A stretch of DNA of 64,000 nt from Bdellovibrionales bacterium (GTDB taxonomy: Bacteria > Pseudomonadota > Alphaproteobacteria > UBA2400): positions 963-64,962 of the forward strand of contig JBDHTQ010000009.1 of assembly GCA_039808765.1 (NCBI GenBank). Direction: 5' to 3'. The position numbers and the translations under genes were made by a program. This document shows positions 42,105 to 51,491 of this stretch, piece by piece (position 1 is the stretch's first letter; each line of letters starts with the position of its first letter). Below the pieces are notes generated by a model. It did not search any database and was not told the DNA's origin. It saw nothing but the letters and a program-made list of their open reading frames with translations.

Positions 42105-43080
42105 AGTGAAGTTTTTTCATCACTTTTTTGACAAGAGGGAGGTGTGAAAAAATGAAGATTGCAATGCCTGTACTTAGTGCGAGGCTCATCTCCAAGGTGA
42201 TACTCACCAACCCCTGGAGGCCATGCGGGGCGAGGCTTTCCCAATGATGGAATATTTCTGTTAAGCCCAATCCACCCATCAACAAGTGGCCACCTACGCC
42301 TAACATTGCAATCGTTCCAACCAATGCGATTGTTTTAATCAAGAAGGGTGTTGCAGACAGAATGCTCTGACCAAATCGAATCAGGAATCTTGAACGCATG
42401 TTTTCTGCCGGGCGATCTATTAACCAACCACCCCAGTTATCCAAGCGCACCAGCATTAAAACTGCACCATATACGCCCACAGTCATGATGACGGATAAAA
42501 AGCCGAGCACACATGCTTTCATCCATAAGGAGAGGGAAGTGAGCTGACTCAGTGAAAGCACGATAATTTCAGCGGATAAGACAAAATCCGTACGCACGGC
42601 TCCCTTGACGCGCTCTGCTTCATACTGTTCAGGAGACAGTGGGGCAAGCGGGTTTTCTTCTTTCAACTCTTTGTCGGTGTGCTTGACGAGATGAAAAGCT
42701 TCCAAAACGGTTTCGGCCCCTTCAAAGGCCAAGTAAGCACCACCAATAGCTAATAGAATAGGGAGTAAAAATCCAGCATAAGTAGAAAGAATAAGTGCCA
42801 AAATTACAAGAATAATTTTGTTTTTGAAGGAACCACGTGCCACGGCGAGAATGATTTTAACTTCCCGCTCTTGGCGAACATCCACCATCGTCGAGACGGT
42901 TGTTACGGCGACATCATCAGCCACAATCGCCATCGAATCTACCGAGGCCTTGGCCGACATTTTTGCGATTGTGTGAACACTGCTTGATCCGCTTTTAAGC
43001 ATCAAAGCCGACTGTTTGGCAATGTCATCCGCGATAACTGACATATCGCGCAAGAGCGTTAAAAAACCGGCAACGGCCAT
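42103..43080 (-). CDS. DUF808 family inner-membrane protein (YedI-like)
   Basis: 325 aa. Multi-TM with a characteristic N-terminus (MAVAGFLTLLRDMSVIADDIA). Confidence 0.7.
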   Translation of the reverse strand: MAVAGFLTLLRDMSVIADDIAKQSALMLKSGSSSVHTIAKMSAKASVDSMAIVADDVAVTTVSTMVDVRQEREVKIILAVARGSFKNKIILVILALILSTYAGFLLPILLAIGGAYLAFEGAETVLEAFHLVKHTDKELKEENPLAPLSPEQYEAERVKGAVRTDFVLSAEIIVLSLSQLTSLSLWMKACVLGFLSVIMTVGVYGAVLMLVRLDNWGGWLIDRPAENMRSRFLIRFGQSILSATPFLIKTIALVGTIAMLGVGGHLLMGGLGLTEIFHHWESLAPHGLQGLVSITLEMSLALSTGIAIFIFSHLPLVKKVMKKLH

Positions 43081-43095
43081 GGTATCATCTGTCCT

Positions 43096-43836
43096 TTAGA
43101 AGTTTAAACGATTGAAAATTGCAGTGGGAAGATGACGAATGATCAACATAATGTATTTCCAAAAACGAGGAAAATACAGAACACCACCTTTTTTCGCTTT
43201 CCGCACACAGGCTTTTGCCAAGGTTTCGGGATCACCGATCGGTAAAGGGGGATTTTTAAGTCCCCACGTCATGGGCGTATCCATAACACCCGGTTTAACC
43301 AGTAAAACTTTTATTTTTGCGGTACTCAGCAGAGCACGCAAACCTTGGCAATATGCTTCTAAACCTGCTTTAGCAGAACCATACAGAAAATTCTTTTTAC
43401 GCCCGCGATCACCCGCAACTGACCCCAGCACTACAATTGATCCACCCATTTGTTCCTGAAAAAGTGGAACCAAACTATTGATCGCTAAAACAATGCCGGT
43501 GTAGGTGCTTAAAACCATTTCTGCACAAACATCCGTTTGTGCAAGCATGATTTGCTGGTCCGGCATTGAACCGATTGCTACATAAATGTTAATGGGTTTG
43601 GGTAGCTGGATTGCGTGCTGTTGCAGCGCGCTGTAACAATCCGCGCGTTGCGTATCAAAAAGTATTGTTGATATATTGTAGTTATTATAGCGAATGGCGA
43701 GATCTGCTGCAGTAGCATCAAGCTCACGCGTGTTACGTCCTGCAAGTAGGATAGAACAATTCTCTTGTGCAATCTGATGAGCGAAGGCTTGTGCAAGCGC
43801 AGAGGACGCGCCCAGAATAATCCAGCTTCCGCTCAT
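43096..43836 (-). CDS. Short-chain dehydrogenase/reductase, DprE2-like (polyprenyl-phospho-2-keto-pentose reductase candidate)
   Basis: 246 aa. SDR Rossmann fold (ILGASSALAQAFA) and the YGSAKAG catalytic motif. Overlaps the upstream FAD-oxidase gene by 4 nt. Confidence 0.75.
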   Translation of the reverse strand: MSGSWIILGASSALAQAFAHQIAQENCSILLAGRNTRELDATAADLAIRYNNYNISTILFDTQRADCYSALQQHAIQLPKPINIYVAIGSMPDQQIMLAQTDVCAEMVLSTYTGIVLAINSLVPLFQEQMGGSIVVLGSVAGDRGRKKNFLYGSAKAGLEAYCQGLRALLSTAKIKVLLVKPGVMDTPMTWGLKNPPLPIGDPETLAKACVRKAKKGGVLYFPRFWKYIMLIIRHLPTAIFNRLNF

Positions 43837-45176
43837 GTGGTGCTCCTTAATCCCAATCGCACAGCCATTTGCGATGAGAGTTTTTGATGTGGGTCAAGAT
43901 CGCGGCAAATTTTTTTAAACAATTCATGCCGCGGGTACATCGCTTCAAAATCACCACGCTGCAAAATTGAGTCTTTGGCCAGATAAACGCGGCCACCGTG
44001 ATCCCGGGTGATGCCGACAAGTTTTTGCAAAAACTCTGCGGTCCCTTTGCGGTTAGGAAAGTCCAAGGCCAGACTGTAGCCATTGATGGGAAACGAGAGA
44101 AGACCATCGCCTTGCTCGCCGGTTCGTTTAACGACAGCAAGAAACGAGCCGCGATGTGATGCGGAAATGCTTTCCAAGAGTTTTTTGATACCAAAATAAG
44201 CAAGATCGCGTGGAATGACAGCTTGAAACTGATGAAATCCGCGACTGCCATACATCCTGTTCCAATGACCGATCGAATCCAGCGGATAAAAAAACTTCAT
44301 TGCGGATTGTTTTTTTGTTCGCGGTTTGGCGGGGGCTGTGAAGTGATAATAAAACTGATTGAACGCCCAAATGCTCAGCGGATTGAGCGCAATGTTGGGG
44401 AACATGATGGGCAGCGAAGGGCCCGCTTTGTGCGGTTTGGCTTGGCCTTTTATAAAATGGCCACGCTCGAGAATACCGCGTCCCATGCTGCTGCCGCGTG
44501 CCATCGCATCAAGCCAAACAACATCATGATCATCTTGTTCGGGAATGCTTTCGCAAGCTTCAAATAACGCATCAAGATTTTTGACCTTGTGTTTTGTCAC
44601 TGCCATCACGGCTCCCGGCACCTTAGCCAGTTTTAAACAGACGCGACGAATTATGCCGGTTAAGCCAAGGCCACCGATTGTCGCTAAAAAGATGTGTGGT
44701 AAATCCAGTCGAGAAACACGAAGGGTTTCGCCGTTCGGGATTAACAGATCAAGCCATTGAATGTGTTTGCCGAGGGTGCCCGCACGGATATGATTTTTGC
44801 CGTGAACATCGTTAGCGACAGCCCCTCCAATCGTGACATATGCAGTGCCGGGAGTAACTGGCAAGGCCCATCCTCGCGGAAGGAAAACGGTTTGAATTTC
44901 TTCCAGGGTTACGCCTGCTTCGCAGACCAATTCACCGTTGTCAGGATCGAAGGATAGAAACCGATCAAGCGCATGCAAATAGAGTCCGTGTCCGTTGCTG
45001 ACGGGTACAGCTTCATCACCATAACTTCGGCCTAAACCAAAAACTGTGAGGTTTTCAGCCTCAATCAGAGCGCGTTCAACACTCTCTTGATTTCCTGGTT
45101 TTGCCGTAGGGACCGTTGCTGCGCATGTGCCGCCCCAGCCTGATAATGTTTGCTTGCGCCACAAAGAGGTTGTCAT
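43833..45176 (-). CDS. FAD-linked oxidase, DprE1-like (polyprenyl-phospho-ribose 2'-oxidase candidate)
   Basis: FAD-binding PCMH domain. Start MTTSLWRKQTLSGWGG (ATG at 45176) overlaps the UbiA-like stop as ATGA. The ORF is open to 45209. Confidence 0.75.
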   Translation of the reverse strand: MTTSLWRKQTLSGWGGTCAATVPTAKPGNQESVERALIEAENLTVFGLGRSYGDEAVPVSNGHGLYLHALDRFLSFDPDNGELVCEAGVTLEEIQTVFLPRGWALPVTPGTAYVTIGGAVANDVHGKNHIRAGTLGKHIQWLDLLIPNGETLRVSRLDLPHIFLATIGGLGLTGIIRRVCLKLAKVPGAVMAVTKHKVKNLDALFEACESIPEQDDHDVVWLDAMARGSSMGRGILERGHFIKGQAKPHKAGPSLPIMFPNIALNPLSIWAFNQFYYHFTAPAKPRTKKQSAMKFFYPLDSIGHWNRMYGSRGFHQFQAVIPRDLAYFGIKKLLESISASHRGSFLAVVKRTGEQGDGLLSFPINGYSLALDFPNRKGTAEFLQKLVGITRDHGGRVYLAKDSILQRGDFEAMYPRHELFKKICRDLDPHQKLSSQMAVRLGLRSTT

Positions 45177-46042
45177 AGGTAAATCAATCCTGCAAAGGTT
45201 AGTACCCATCCCAAACCTGCGAAAAGAATGGGTTTATCGGTGAGAAAAATCAGGGTTGGCGATCCTGATCGTTCCTCAACCATCGCGATTTGAAGATAGC
45301 GCAACATCGCAAAAATCACAAACGGAACTGTATAATAAAGATGATCACTGTGCAGGCGGGCGCGTACTTCGTCGTCTGTGGTGTAAATCAGATATGAGAC
45401 TAAGGCCGACCCCAATGTAATAGCCATCGCCGTATCAATGAAATTGCGGGAATATCCGTCCAGTGACTTGCGATGCTCTGATTTAAGATGGCGAATGAGA
45501 TCGTCTCGCCTTTTGGCAAACCCCAGAAAAAGTGCCAACATGCCTGTTAAAATGACGATCCACGGGCTGGTGTTGACTTGAATTAAAAGTGCTCCCGCCT
45601 CGACGCGCAAAACGAAGCCTAAGGCAATACACATCACATCAATCACGGCAATTTGTTTAAGACGATAGGAATAGGCAATGTTCATCAACACGTAAATGCA
45701 GAGAGTGAAAGAAAATTTTGTTGAGAGGGTGAGGGAAAGTCCCGTCGCCAATATAGCAACGGTAATCATGATAATCAGCGCTCTTTTTTCAGAAACAGTG
45801 CCTGCCGCCAGTGGACGTGAGCGTTTAATTGGGTGCTGTCGATCGGAATGACGATCATTCCAATCATTCATAATGTAAATGCAGCTTGCAGCCAGACTCC
45901 ACGCCATAATCCCCAGCGCTACAATGAGCACATTCTCCACATTCATGGCCTCGGGGGTAAAAAACAACGGCGCTGCGACAAAACCGTTTTTTATCCAATG
46001 ATGAGGGCGCAATAATCTTAAGGTGGGGGGTAAGGTCTTCAT
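45173..46042 (-). CDS. UbiA-family prenyltransferase, polyprenyl-phosphate 5-phosphoribosyltransferase-like
   Basis: 289 aa, 8-9 TM. UbiA aspartate-rich motifs NDWNDRHSD and DxxxD. First gene of a three-gene overlapping operon. Confidence 0.75.
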   Translation of the reverse strand: MKTLPPTLRLLRPHHWIKNGFVAAPLFFTPEAMNVENVLIVALGIMAWSLAASCIYIMNDWNDRHSDRQHPIKRSRPLAAGTVSEKRALIIMITVAILATGLSLTLSTKFSFTLCIYVLMNIAYSYRLKQIAVIDVMCIALGFVLRVEAGALLIQVNTSPWIVILTGMLALFLGFAKRRDDLIRHLKSEHRKSLDGYSRNFIDTAMAITLGSALVSYLIYTTDDEVRARLHSDHLYYTVPFVIFAMLRYLQIAMVEERSGSPTLIFLTDKPILFAGLGWVLTFAGLIYL

Positions 46043-46480
46043 TTGTGATGTGTTATAACATCTTTGCCCATTTTTCTAGCCTGTTTGCGCAGTTATGAAG
46101 TGTTGTGAGGTCTGTATGACGATACATAATATGCAGTGTGCTTAATTCAGGGTATATTCAGATTACAGAGAGACGGTCAATTTAACCTCGTGCGTGCGTG
46201 GCGATTCGACAAAAGCCCCAGTTTGTCCGGCTTCTCCATCGCAAAATAGTGAGACCGATATGGTCATAAACACTTAAAAGCACGCTCGGATGCACTAAAA
46301 TTGATCAAAAAATGAGCGGGTGAGTGAATTTGTTCGTTTTTGTAGGCAAAAAAATCACGTCAAGTGCCTAAAATTACATCCAAGCCCATAAAAAAGCATT
46401 GTCATTCGTTTAAAATTAGAGCAAGTCAATAGTGTGCGCATTGAGCGCTAGGTGACAACATAAACAACAGGATTTGAGCT

Positions 46481-46780
46481 ATGGCTGAAGCAGCTGTTAA
46501 AGTACCAACCGTAACCCTTAAGCAAATTGCAGCAACCTTGGCAGAAGCCCAAGGGATTTCTAAAAAAGATGCCGTTGCTATTCTTGAAGCGTTCATCGCA
46601 CAAGTTGGCAAGCACCTGAAGAAGGGCTACAAGATTCGCTTGAGTGGCTTGGGCATTTTTGTTGTGCGTAAGCGCCCGGCACGTACCGGTCGTAACCCTG
46701 CAACAGGTGAGCCAATCAAAATTAAAGCCAGCAAAAAATTGGCTTTCCGCCCTGCAAAAGAACTGAAAGAATCTGTATAA
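46481..46780 (+). CDS. hup: HU/IHF-family DNA-binding protein
   Basis: 99 aa; GLGIFVVRKRPARTGRNPATGEPIKIKASKKLAFRPAKELKE is the HU arm motif. A strong terminator follows. Confidence 0.9.
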   Translation: MAEAAVKVPTVTLKQIAATLAEAQGISKKDAVAILEAFIAQVGKHLKKGYKIRLSGLGIFVVRKRPARTGRNPATGEPIKIKASKKLAFRPAKELKESV

Positions 46781-46805
46781 GATTCGTCTTAGTTGATCAA
46801 AAAAA

Positions 46806-46832
46806 CCCGCTTCAAACGAAGCGGGTTTTTTA
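46806..46832 (+). terminator. Rho-independent terminator of the HU gene
   Basis: CCCGCTTC-AAAC-GAAGCGGG followed by TTTTTTATT. Confidence 0.9.
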
Positions 46833-46934
46833 TTATGCGGAAAATATGGGTTTTTTGAGGAGGGTATTTTTTTGTTTCTGAAGTCATACAGTTTCATGTA
46901 GAAGAGAGGATGTTAGGCTTTTGAATGTAAGGGT

Positions 46935-48278
46935 ATGATTCGTCGCGATTCTTTTCTTCTTCTACTGATTGTTGGTCTTTGCACTGGGGTTTCACTTTAT
47001 AATCCCCTTGTCGCTTTGGCGGTGCTGTTTGTCGCAAGCACTACATGCATGGTGATGACAAAATCGTGGAATGATCCGGGCTATTTGTTGGCAACGCTTC
47101 TGTCTTTTTATATGATTATTGGTGGCGGGAATTTCTCTTCTTATCGCGGTGAAATTGAAACTGATTTCATGCAATTTTTGTTGGTGGGGGCACTTTGCCT
47201 TTTAACAGGCATGGGATGTGCACAAATGATTGTCGTCAAAAATTTGCAGTGGCCTATATTGCCTCGTTCTCCAACGTTATCAAGTCAAGATGCGACCTAC
47301 TGGATAGGGGTCAGTGCTTTGCCGGGGTTGGCTGGAATTGCAGGAATGCTGTTTACGTTGCCAACTCTACCACTGTTTGCGCCCTCTGCACGCTTTCTCT
47401 TGGCGCCGCAGTGGCAAGTATTGATTGAATGCTTGTTTGTTCCGATGATTCTTTCTTTGTGTGCTATGGCAGAGGATCGCGAAAAGAAAAGCGCATACAA
47501 AGCACAGGCAATATTTTTTCTTATTCTTTTGTCGTTGACGGGCTATCGCGGTTGGGTGATTGAAGGGATTGGGTTGGCGACAATGGTTTGGTTGATGATC
47601 ACGGTCAGCAAAAAGAAAAAATTTTTTGGTGTTGTGTTTGCGTTAATCGTCTCATTGGTTATTATTTTTTCTCTGGCATTGTTGCGCCGCCTGTTGGAAG
47701 TGGATCTGTATGCGCCAGCTGAATCCTTGCGTGTCCATGGTGCTGAGAAATGGCCGCAGTTCTTTGCTCAAATTCATTTTGCTTTTCGTGAGTCACTTTA
47801 TACCGCACAAACTTTGTGGCAACTGCATGATCCGACTATTGAACATTCCTCATTATTTTTTGCCGATCTATGGACGCTATTGCCGGGTGTGCAGCCTGCA
47901 GCAGGAGATATACTGGCTCAGGCGTTTGGTCATGTCTTGGGTGGAGGATTGACTGCGGCGCTTCCGGGGGTGCTGTACTACGATTTTGGTTATGCCACGT
48001 TTTATCATCTTTTCTTCGCGGGTATTATGTTGGGTTGGGGATGGAAAAAAGTAGAAAAGTCGCGTTCAATTTTATTGGCAGCACTTTATTATTATGCCTT
48101 TTTTTCATTTTTGCACCTTTTTCATCGAGGTGCTTTAAAGCCCTCTTACTTTATTATTCCTATTCTTTTAGGATTGATATTATGCATGCGTGAGGGGTTT
48201 TACCGCTTTGCCCAAGCACCGGATTATCGGGGAATGAATGACAGCAGCGCGCCTTTACTTGCTCACGCCGCTTCGTGA
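46935..48278 (+). CDS. Polytopic membrane protein (about 12 TM); candidate polysaccharide polymerase (Wzy/O-antigen ligase-like) or GT-C-type polyprenyl-sugar transferase
   Basis: 447 aa and highly hydrophobic. First gene of a co-directional cluster with glycosyltransferases. No soluble catalytic motif recognised. Confidence 0.5.
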   Translation: MIRRDSFLLLLIVGLCTGVSLYNPLVALAVLFVASTTCMVMTKSWNDPGYLLATLLSFYMIIGGGNFSSYRGEIETDFMQFLLVGALCLLTGMGCAQMIVVKNLQWPILPRSPTLSSQDATYWIGVSALPGLAGIAGMLFTLPTLPLFAPSARFLLAPQWQVLIECLFVPMILSLCAMAEDREKKSAYKAQAIFFLILLSLTGYRGWVIEGIGLATMVWLMITVSKKKKFFGVVFALIVSLVIIFSLALLRRLLEVDLYAPAESLRVHGAEKWPQFFAQIHFAFRESLYTAQTLWQLHDPTIEHSSLFFADLWTLLPGVQPAAGDILAQAFGHVLGGGLTAALPGVLYYDFGYATFYHLFFAGIMLGWGWKKVEKSRSILLAALYYYAFFSFLHLFHRGALKPSYFIIPILLGLILCMREGFYRFAQAPDYRGMNDSSAPLLAHAAS

Positions 48279-49095
48279 TGAAGCGGGACGCTTTACGAGG
48301 TTATGTCAAGCTTTAGCTGCTCAGTCGTTAGCGATTGAGGGCTGGTTTCTCATTGAAAATAATAGTTGCGATGGCACCGTTGAATTGTGTGATCAGCTGC
48401 AGCCACAGGGCGCTATTAAACATATTTATGTTCGCCACGAGCGCGATTCAATGTCCTATGAACTGGGGTTATCCTATGCGCAACGTATCGCTCGTGGGCT
48501 TTGTTGGGTGAGAGAAACTGTTGAGCTTACCCCGCAAGACATTGTTGGTATCTTGGATGCTGATGTAATTCCTGCTGTGGAATATTATCAGGTTTTAATG
48601 CATGCATTTGAAAAATATCCAGCATTAGGATTAACCAGTGGTGTTGCATATCATGAGAATGGTAAAAGGATGGCATACGCTCCAGAATGGGTAATGGGAA
48701 ACTGTCGTCTTTGGCGCGTGGCATGCCTTGATCAAACGGGATACATCATCGGTCCGGGTGCTGATGCACTCTGTCAAATTAAGGCAGAGGCGATGGGGTG
48801 GTGTACAGCCGTCCAGCGGAACGCAATCGTAACCTGTCGCCCACCCGGAGCGCGTGCTGGATATGCTTATTACGGGTATACCGCTTATTATCGTGGTGAA
48901 ACAATCGGGTATGTTTTTATCCGGGCGCTTTATAACATCCTGATCGGGCGTTTTGGATGTGGCCTGTTTTTGTTTTGCGGCTACTTGAACGCTTTCGTGC
49001 GGCGTTGCAAAAAAACACAAGATGTAGACATCATCAATTATAGCCGCGCCAAATTGGTGCGTAAAATAGGCCGTTTTCTAAAGCGGATTAGCTAG
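48238..49095 (+). CDS. Glycosyltransferase-like protein (GT-A fold candidate)
   Basis: 285 aa with a DxD-like ILDADVIP motif. Overlaps the previous gene by 41 nt. Confidence 0.5.
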   Translation: MTAARLYLLTPLRDEAGRFTRLCQALAAQSLAIEGWFLIENNSCDGTVELCDQLQPQGAIKHIYVRHERDSMSYELGLSYAQRIARGLCWVRETVELTPQDIVGILDADVIPAVEYYQVLMHAFEKYPALGLTSGVAYHENGKRMAYAPEWVMGNCRLWRVACLDQTGYIIGPGADALCQIKAEAMGWCTAVQRNAIVTCRPPGARAGYAYYGYTAYYRGETIGYVFIRALYNILIGRFGCGLFLFCGYLNAFVRRCKKTQDVDIINYSRAKLVRKIGRFLKRIS

Positions 49096-49097
49096 CA

Positions 49098-50303
49098 TTA
49101 ATGGGGTGCAACCAGGCTATGGTAGCAAGCCAGCAAATTATTTTTCGAATGATGCCATGCTAAGTCATCTAAACGTTTTATGGCGTTTTGTTTTAAGCAC
49201 TCCCGTACATCGTGGTGATCAATTAGATGGATCAAAGCTGCACATAATGCTTCTACTGAATCATTCTCTGCACATAAACCAGCGTTTTCTGCATCACAAA
49301 TCGTTTGGGTAAGGGGGGGGTAGACAAAGGGAATGTTCATTGCAATATATTCGAGTGTTTTGTTGAGTGTGATTAAATCAGTATAGGTGTTTTTTGCATC
49401 AGGAATAATCGCGATATCAAAAGAACGATAGGCAGATATCAGCTCATCGCCACTGACAAAACCTTTAAAAATAACAGTGCTCGCCAGATTGAATTTTAAA
49501 ACATTGTGTTTTACCTGTGCCAGTTCAGGCCCGTCGCCCACAATAATCATTTTAAAAGGCAGGGCTGGTTTTTTTTCTTTTAAAAGCCGGGCAATCTCGA
49601 TTAAACGAGCGCCTCCATCCTGAGAGCCTAAAATCCCGACGTAGCCAATAACGGGGGGCTGTGAAGTATATGTATTGTTCTTATGATGGCATGCAGCTGG
49701 AAAAAAGCTATCGGGGGTATGGCGAACAATAAAAATTTTCTGAGGGTCAATTTTTCCGCGTGTTTGTGCAACATGATGAAACGATTCATTTGGAACAATG
49801 ACGCGATCCGCACAGCGATATGTTTGTTTTTCAAGCCAAAACATGAAGGCGGTTATTTTGCTAAAAAAACGGGGTTTACGGGTAAATTTTGAAGCATACA
49901 ATTCGGGACAGACATCGTGTTGATCATACACCACGCTTGCGCCAAATTGCTTTAATAACCAAGCAATGATAAAAAATAAATCTGGGGGATTGCAGATTTG
50001 AACGATCCGTAATCGATGGCGGCATTGTAAATAGAGGCCGAGTAAGAAGGTTGATAAAAAGAGGGTTGTGTATTCGCAAATAAAACCACCTAACCCAACG
50101 CCCTCAAAGGGTTGCCAAAAGCGATAGACGTGAATGTTGTTTTGCTGGTCATAAAATTTTTTAAAACCCTTCGTGCGGGGACAAATGATGTGGACTGTGT
50201 ATCCGTTTTGTGCCAATGCACAGGCTTCTTGCCAAACGCGACGATCTGCAGGGACGGGCAAGTTGGCAACTAAAATCAAAATGTTTGCTGAAGGGGGCGG
50301 CAT
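49098..50303 (-). CDS. Glycosyltransferase family 4 (GT-B)
   Basis: C-terminal GT4 EX7E-type region (PFVYPPLTQTICDAENAGLC). The N-terminal half is the acceptor domain. The ORF is open to 50420; the ATG at 50303 (MPPPSANILILVANLP) gives a typical 400-aa length. Confidence 0.7.
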   Translation of the reverse strand: MPPPSANILILVANLPVPADRRVWQEACALAQNGYTVHIICPRTKGFKKFYDQQNNIHVYRFWQPFEGVGLGGFICEYTTLFLSTFLLGLYLQCRHRLRIVQICNPPDLFFIIAWLLKQFGASVVYDQHDVCPELYASKFTRKPRFFSKITAFMFWLEKQTYRCADRVIVPNESFHHVAQTRGKIDPQKIFIVRHTPDSFFPAACHHKNNTYTSQPPVIGYVGILGSQDGGARLIEIARLLKEKKPALPFKMIIVGDGPELAQVKHNVLKFNLASTVIFKGFVSGDELISAYRSFDIAIIPDAKNTYTDLITLNKTLEYIAMNIPFVYPPLTQTICDAENAGLCAENDSVEALCAALIHLIDHHDVRECLKQNAIKRLDDLAWHHSKNNLLACYHSLVAPH

Positions 50304-50484
50304 TTTTTCATGGATTTCATGTGGGTGCTGGCACCATAACCCAGTTTTATTACTGGATGCAACCCATCGTCGTAAATTCTTAAAACAGCCGCATGTTTTT
50401 AACAAAAGAGTAATAATCACACGCGTATCTTAAGACGAATCGGAAGATGAAGTTTTTTAAAACGCTTTCGGCGGGAGATGGGAA

Positions 50485-51432
50485 ATGCAAAAAATTGCTG
50501 TCGGAGTGATCACCTTTCAACGCCCGCTGGAGCTTGAGCGACTGTTAGACGGTATTGCGCGACAACATTTTACTGTCGTAGCGCCTCAGCCTGAGGTTAC
50601 CGTGGTCGTGGTTGACAATGCGACGCAAGGCAGTGCACGAGCGGTATGCGACCAAGCGATACAGCGTCATGGTCTTAAAATTTCCTATATCTTTGAACCG
50701 AAGCAGAGCATTCCCGTGGCGCGCAATCGGGTGCTCGACAGCTTGCCGGATGGATGTGAGGGGGTTGTTTGGGTTGATGATGATGAGGTGCCCGCGACCA
50801 ATTGGCTGGAAGCATTGATTTCAACGTATAAGGCGAGCGGTGCAGATATTATTTTGGGTGCGATTGAGGGGGTGCTGCCTGAGGGTGCACCGGAATGGGT
50901 GCGCAAGGGTGGTTTTTTCAATCGTCGACGTTTTGTTGACCGAGCCTCGTTTAGTGAGGGGGCAACCAATAATTGTTTGATGGTTGTCGATTCTATTCGT
51001 CAACACGGTTTGCGCTTTGATGAAAATTTGCGCTACGCTGGGGGCACAGATACGCTTTTTTTCAAAGTAGCCGATGTCAAAGGTTTGCGCATGGTATGGT
51101 CGTCCAAGGCGCTTGTGTATGACCACATTCGTCTTGAACGCACTAATCTTAAATGGCTTCTGCATCGCCATTTTCGCTCCGGGGTAAGTCTGGCCATCGC
51201 AGATTGGCATGCAAGCGGCGTTTTGGGGGGAGGGCGTCGTTTTGGGATGGGAGTCTACAAAATTATACAGGGACTGCTTAACCTTCCTGTCGGTTTCGAA
51301 GGAATGCATGAAATGGCACGCACATTAATGTTTTTTTCGCGCGGATGCGGGATGATTGTGGGTTTAATGGGTTATCGGTTGAACGAGTTCAAGCCTGAGC
51401 GTTCGCCGGTCGGGACTGAAAAAAACAGTTAG
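50485..51432 (+). CDS. Glycosyltransferase family 2
   Basis: 315 aa. N-terminal VGVITFQRP, VVVVDNATQ and a DDDE motif (VWVDDDEVP). Confidence 0.8.
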   Translation: MQKIAVGVITFQRPLELERLLDGIARQHFTVVAPQPEVTVVVVDNATQGSARAVCDQAIQRHGLKISYIFEPKQSIPVARNRVLDSLPDGCEGVVWVDDDEVPATNWLEALISTYKASGADIILGAIEGVLPEGAPEWVRKGGFFNRRRFVDRASFSEGATNNCLMVVDSIRQHGLRFDENLRYAGGTDTLFFKVADVKGLRMVWSSKALVYDHIRLERTNLKWLLHRHFRSGVSLAIADWHASGVLGGGRRFGMGVYKIIQGLLNLPVGFEGMHEMARTLMFFSRGCGMIVGLMGYRLNEFKPERSPVGTEKNS

Positions 51433-51491
51433 CATTTTTTAGCAATTCCGTTCGGCTATATTTCAACATCAAACTGCCGCAATCGTTAGCT

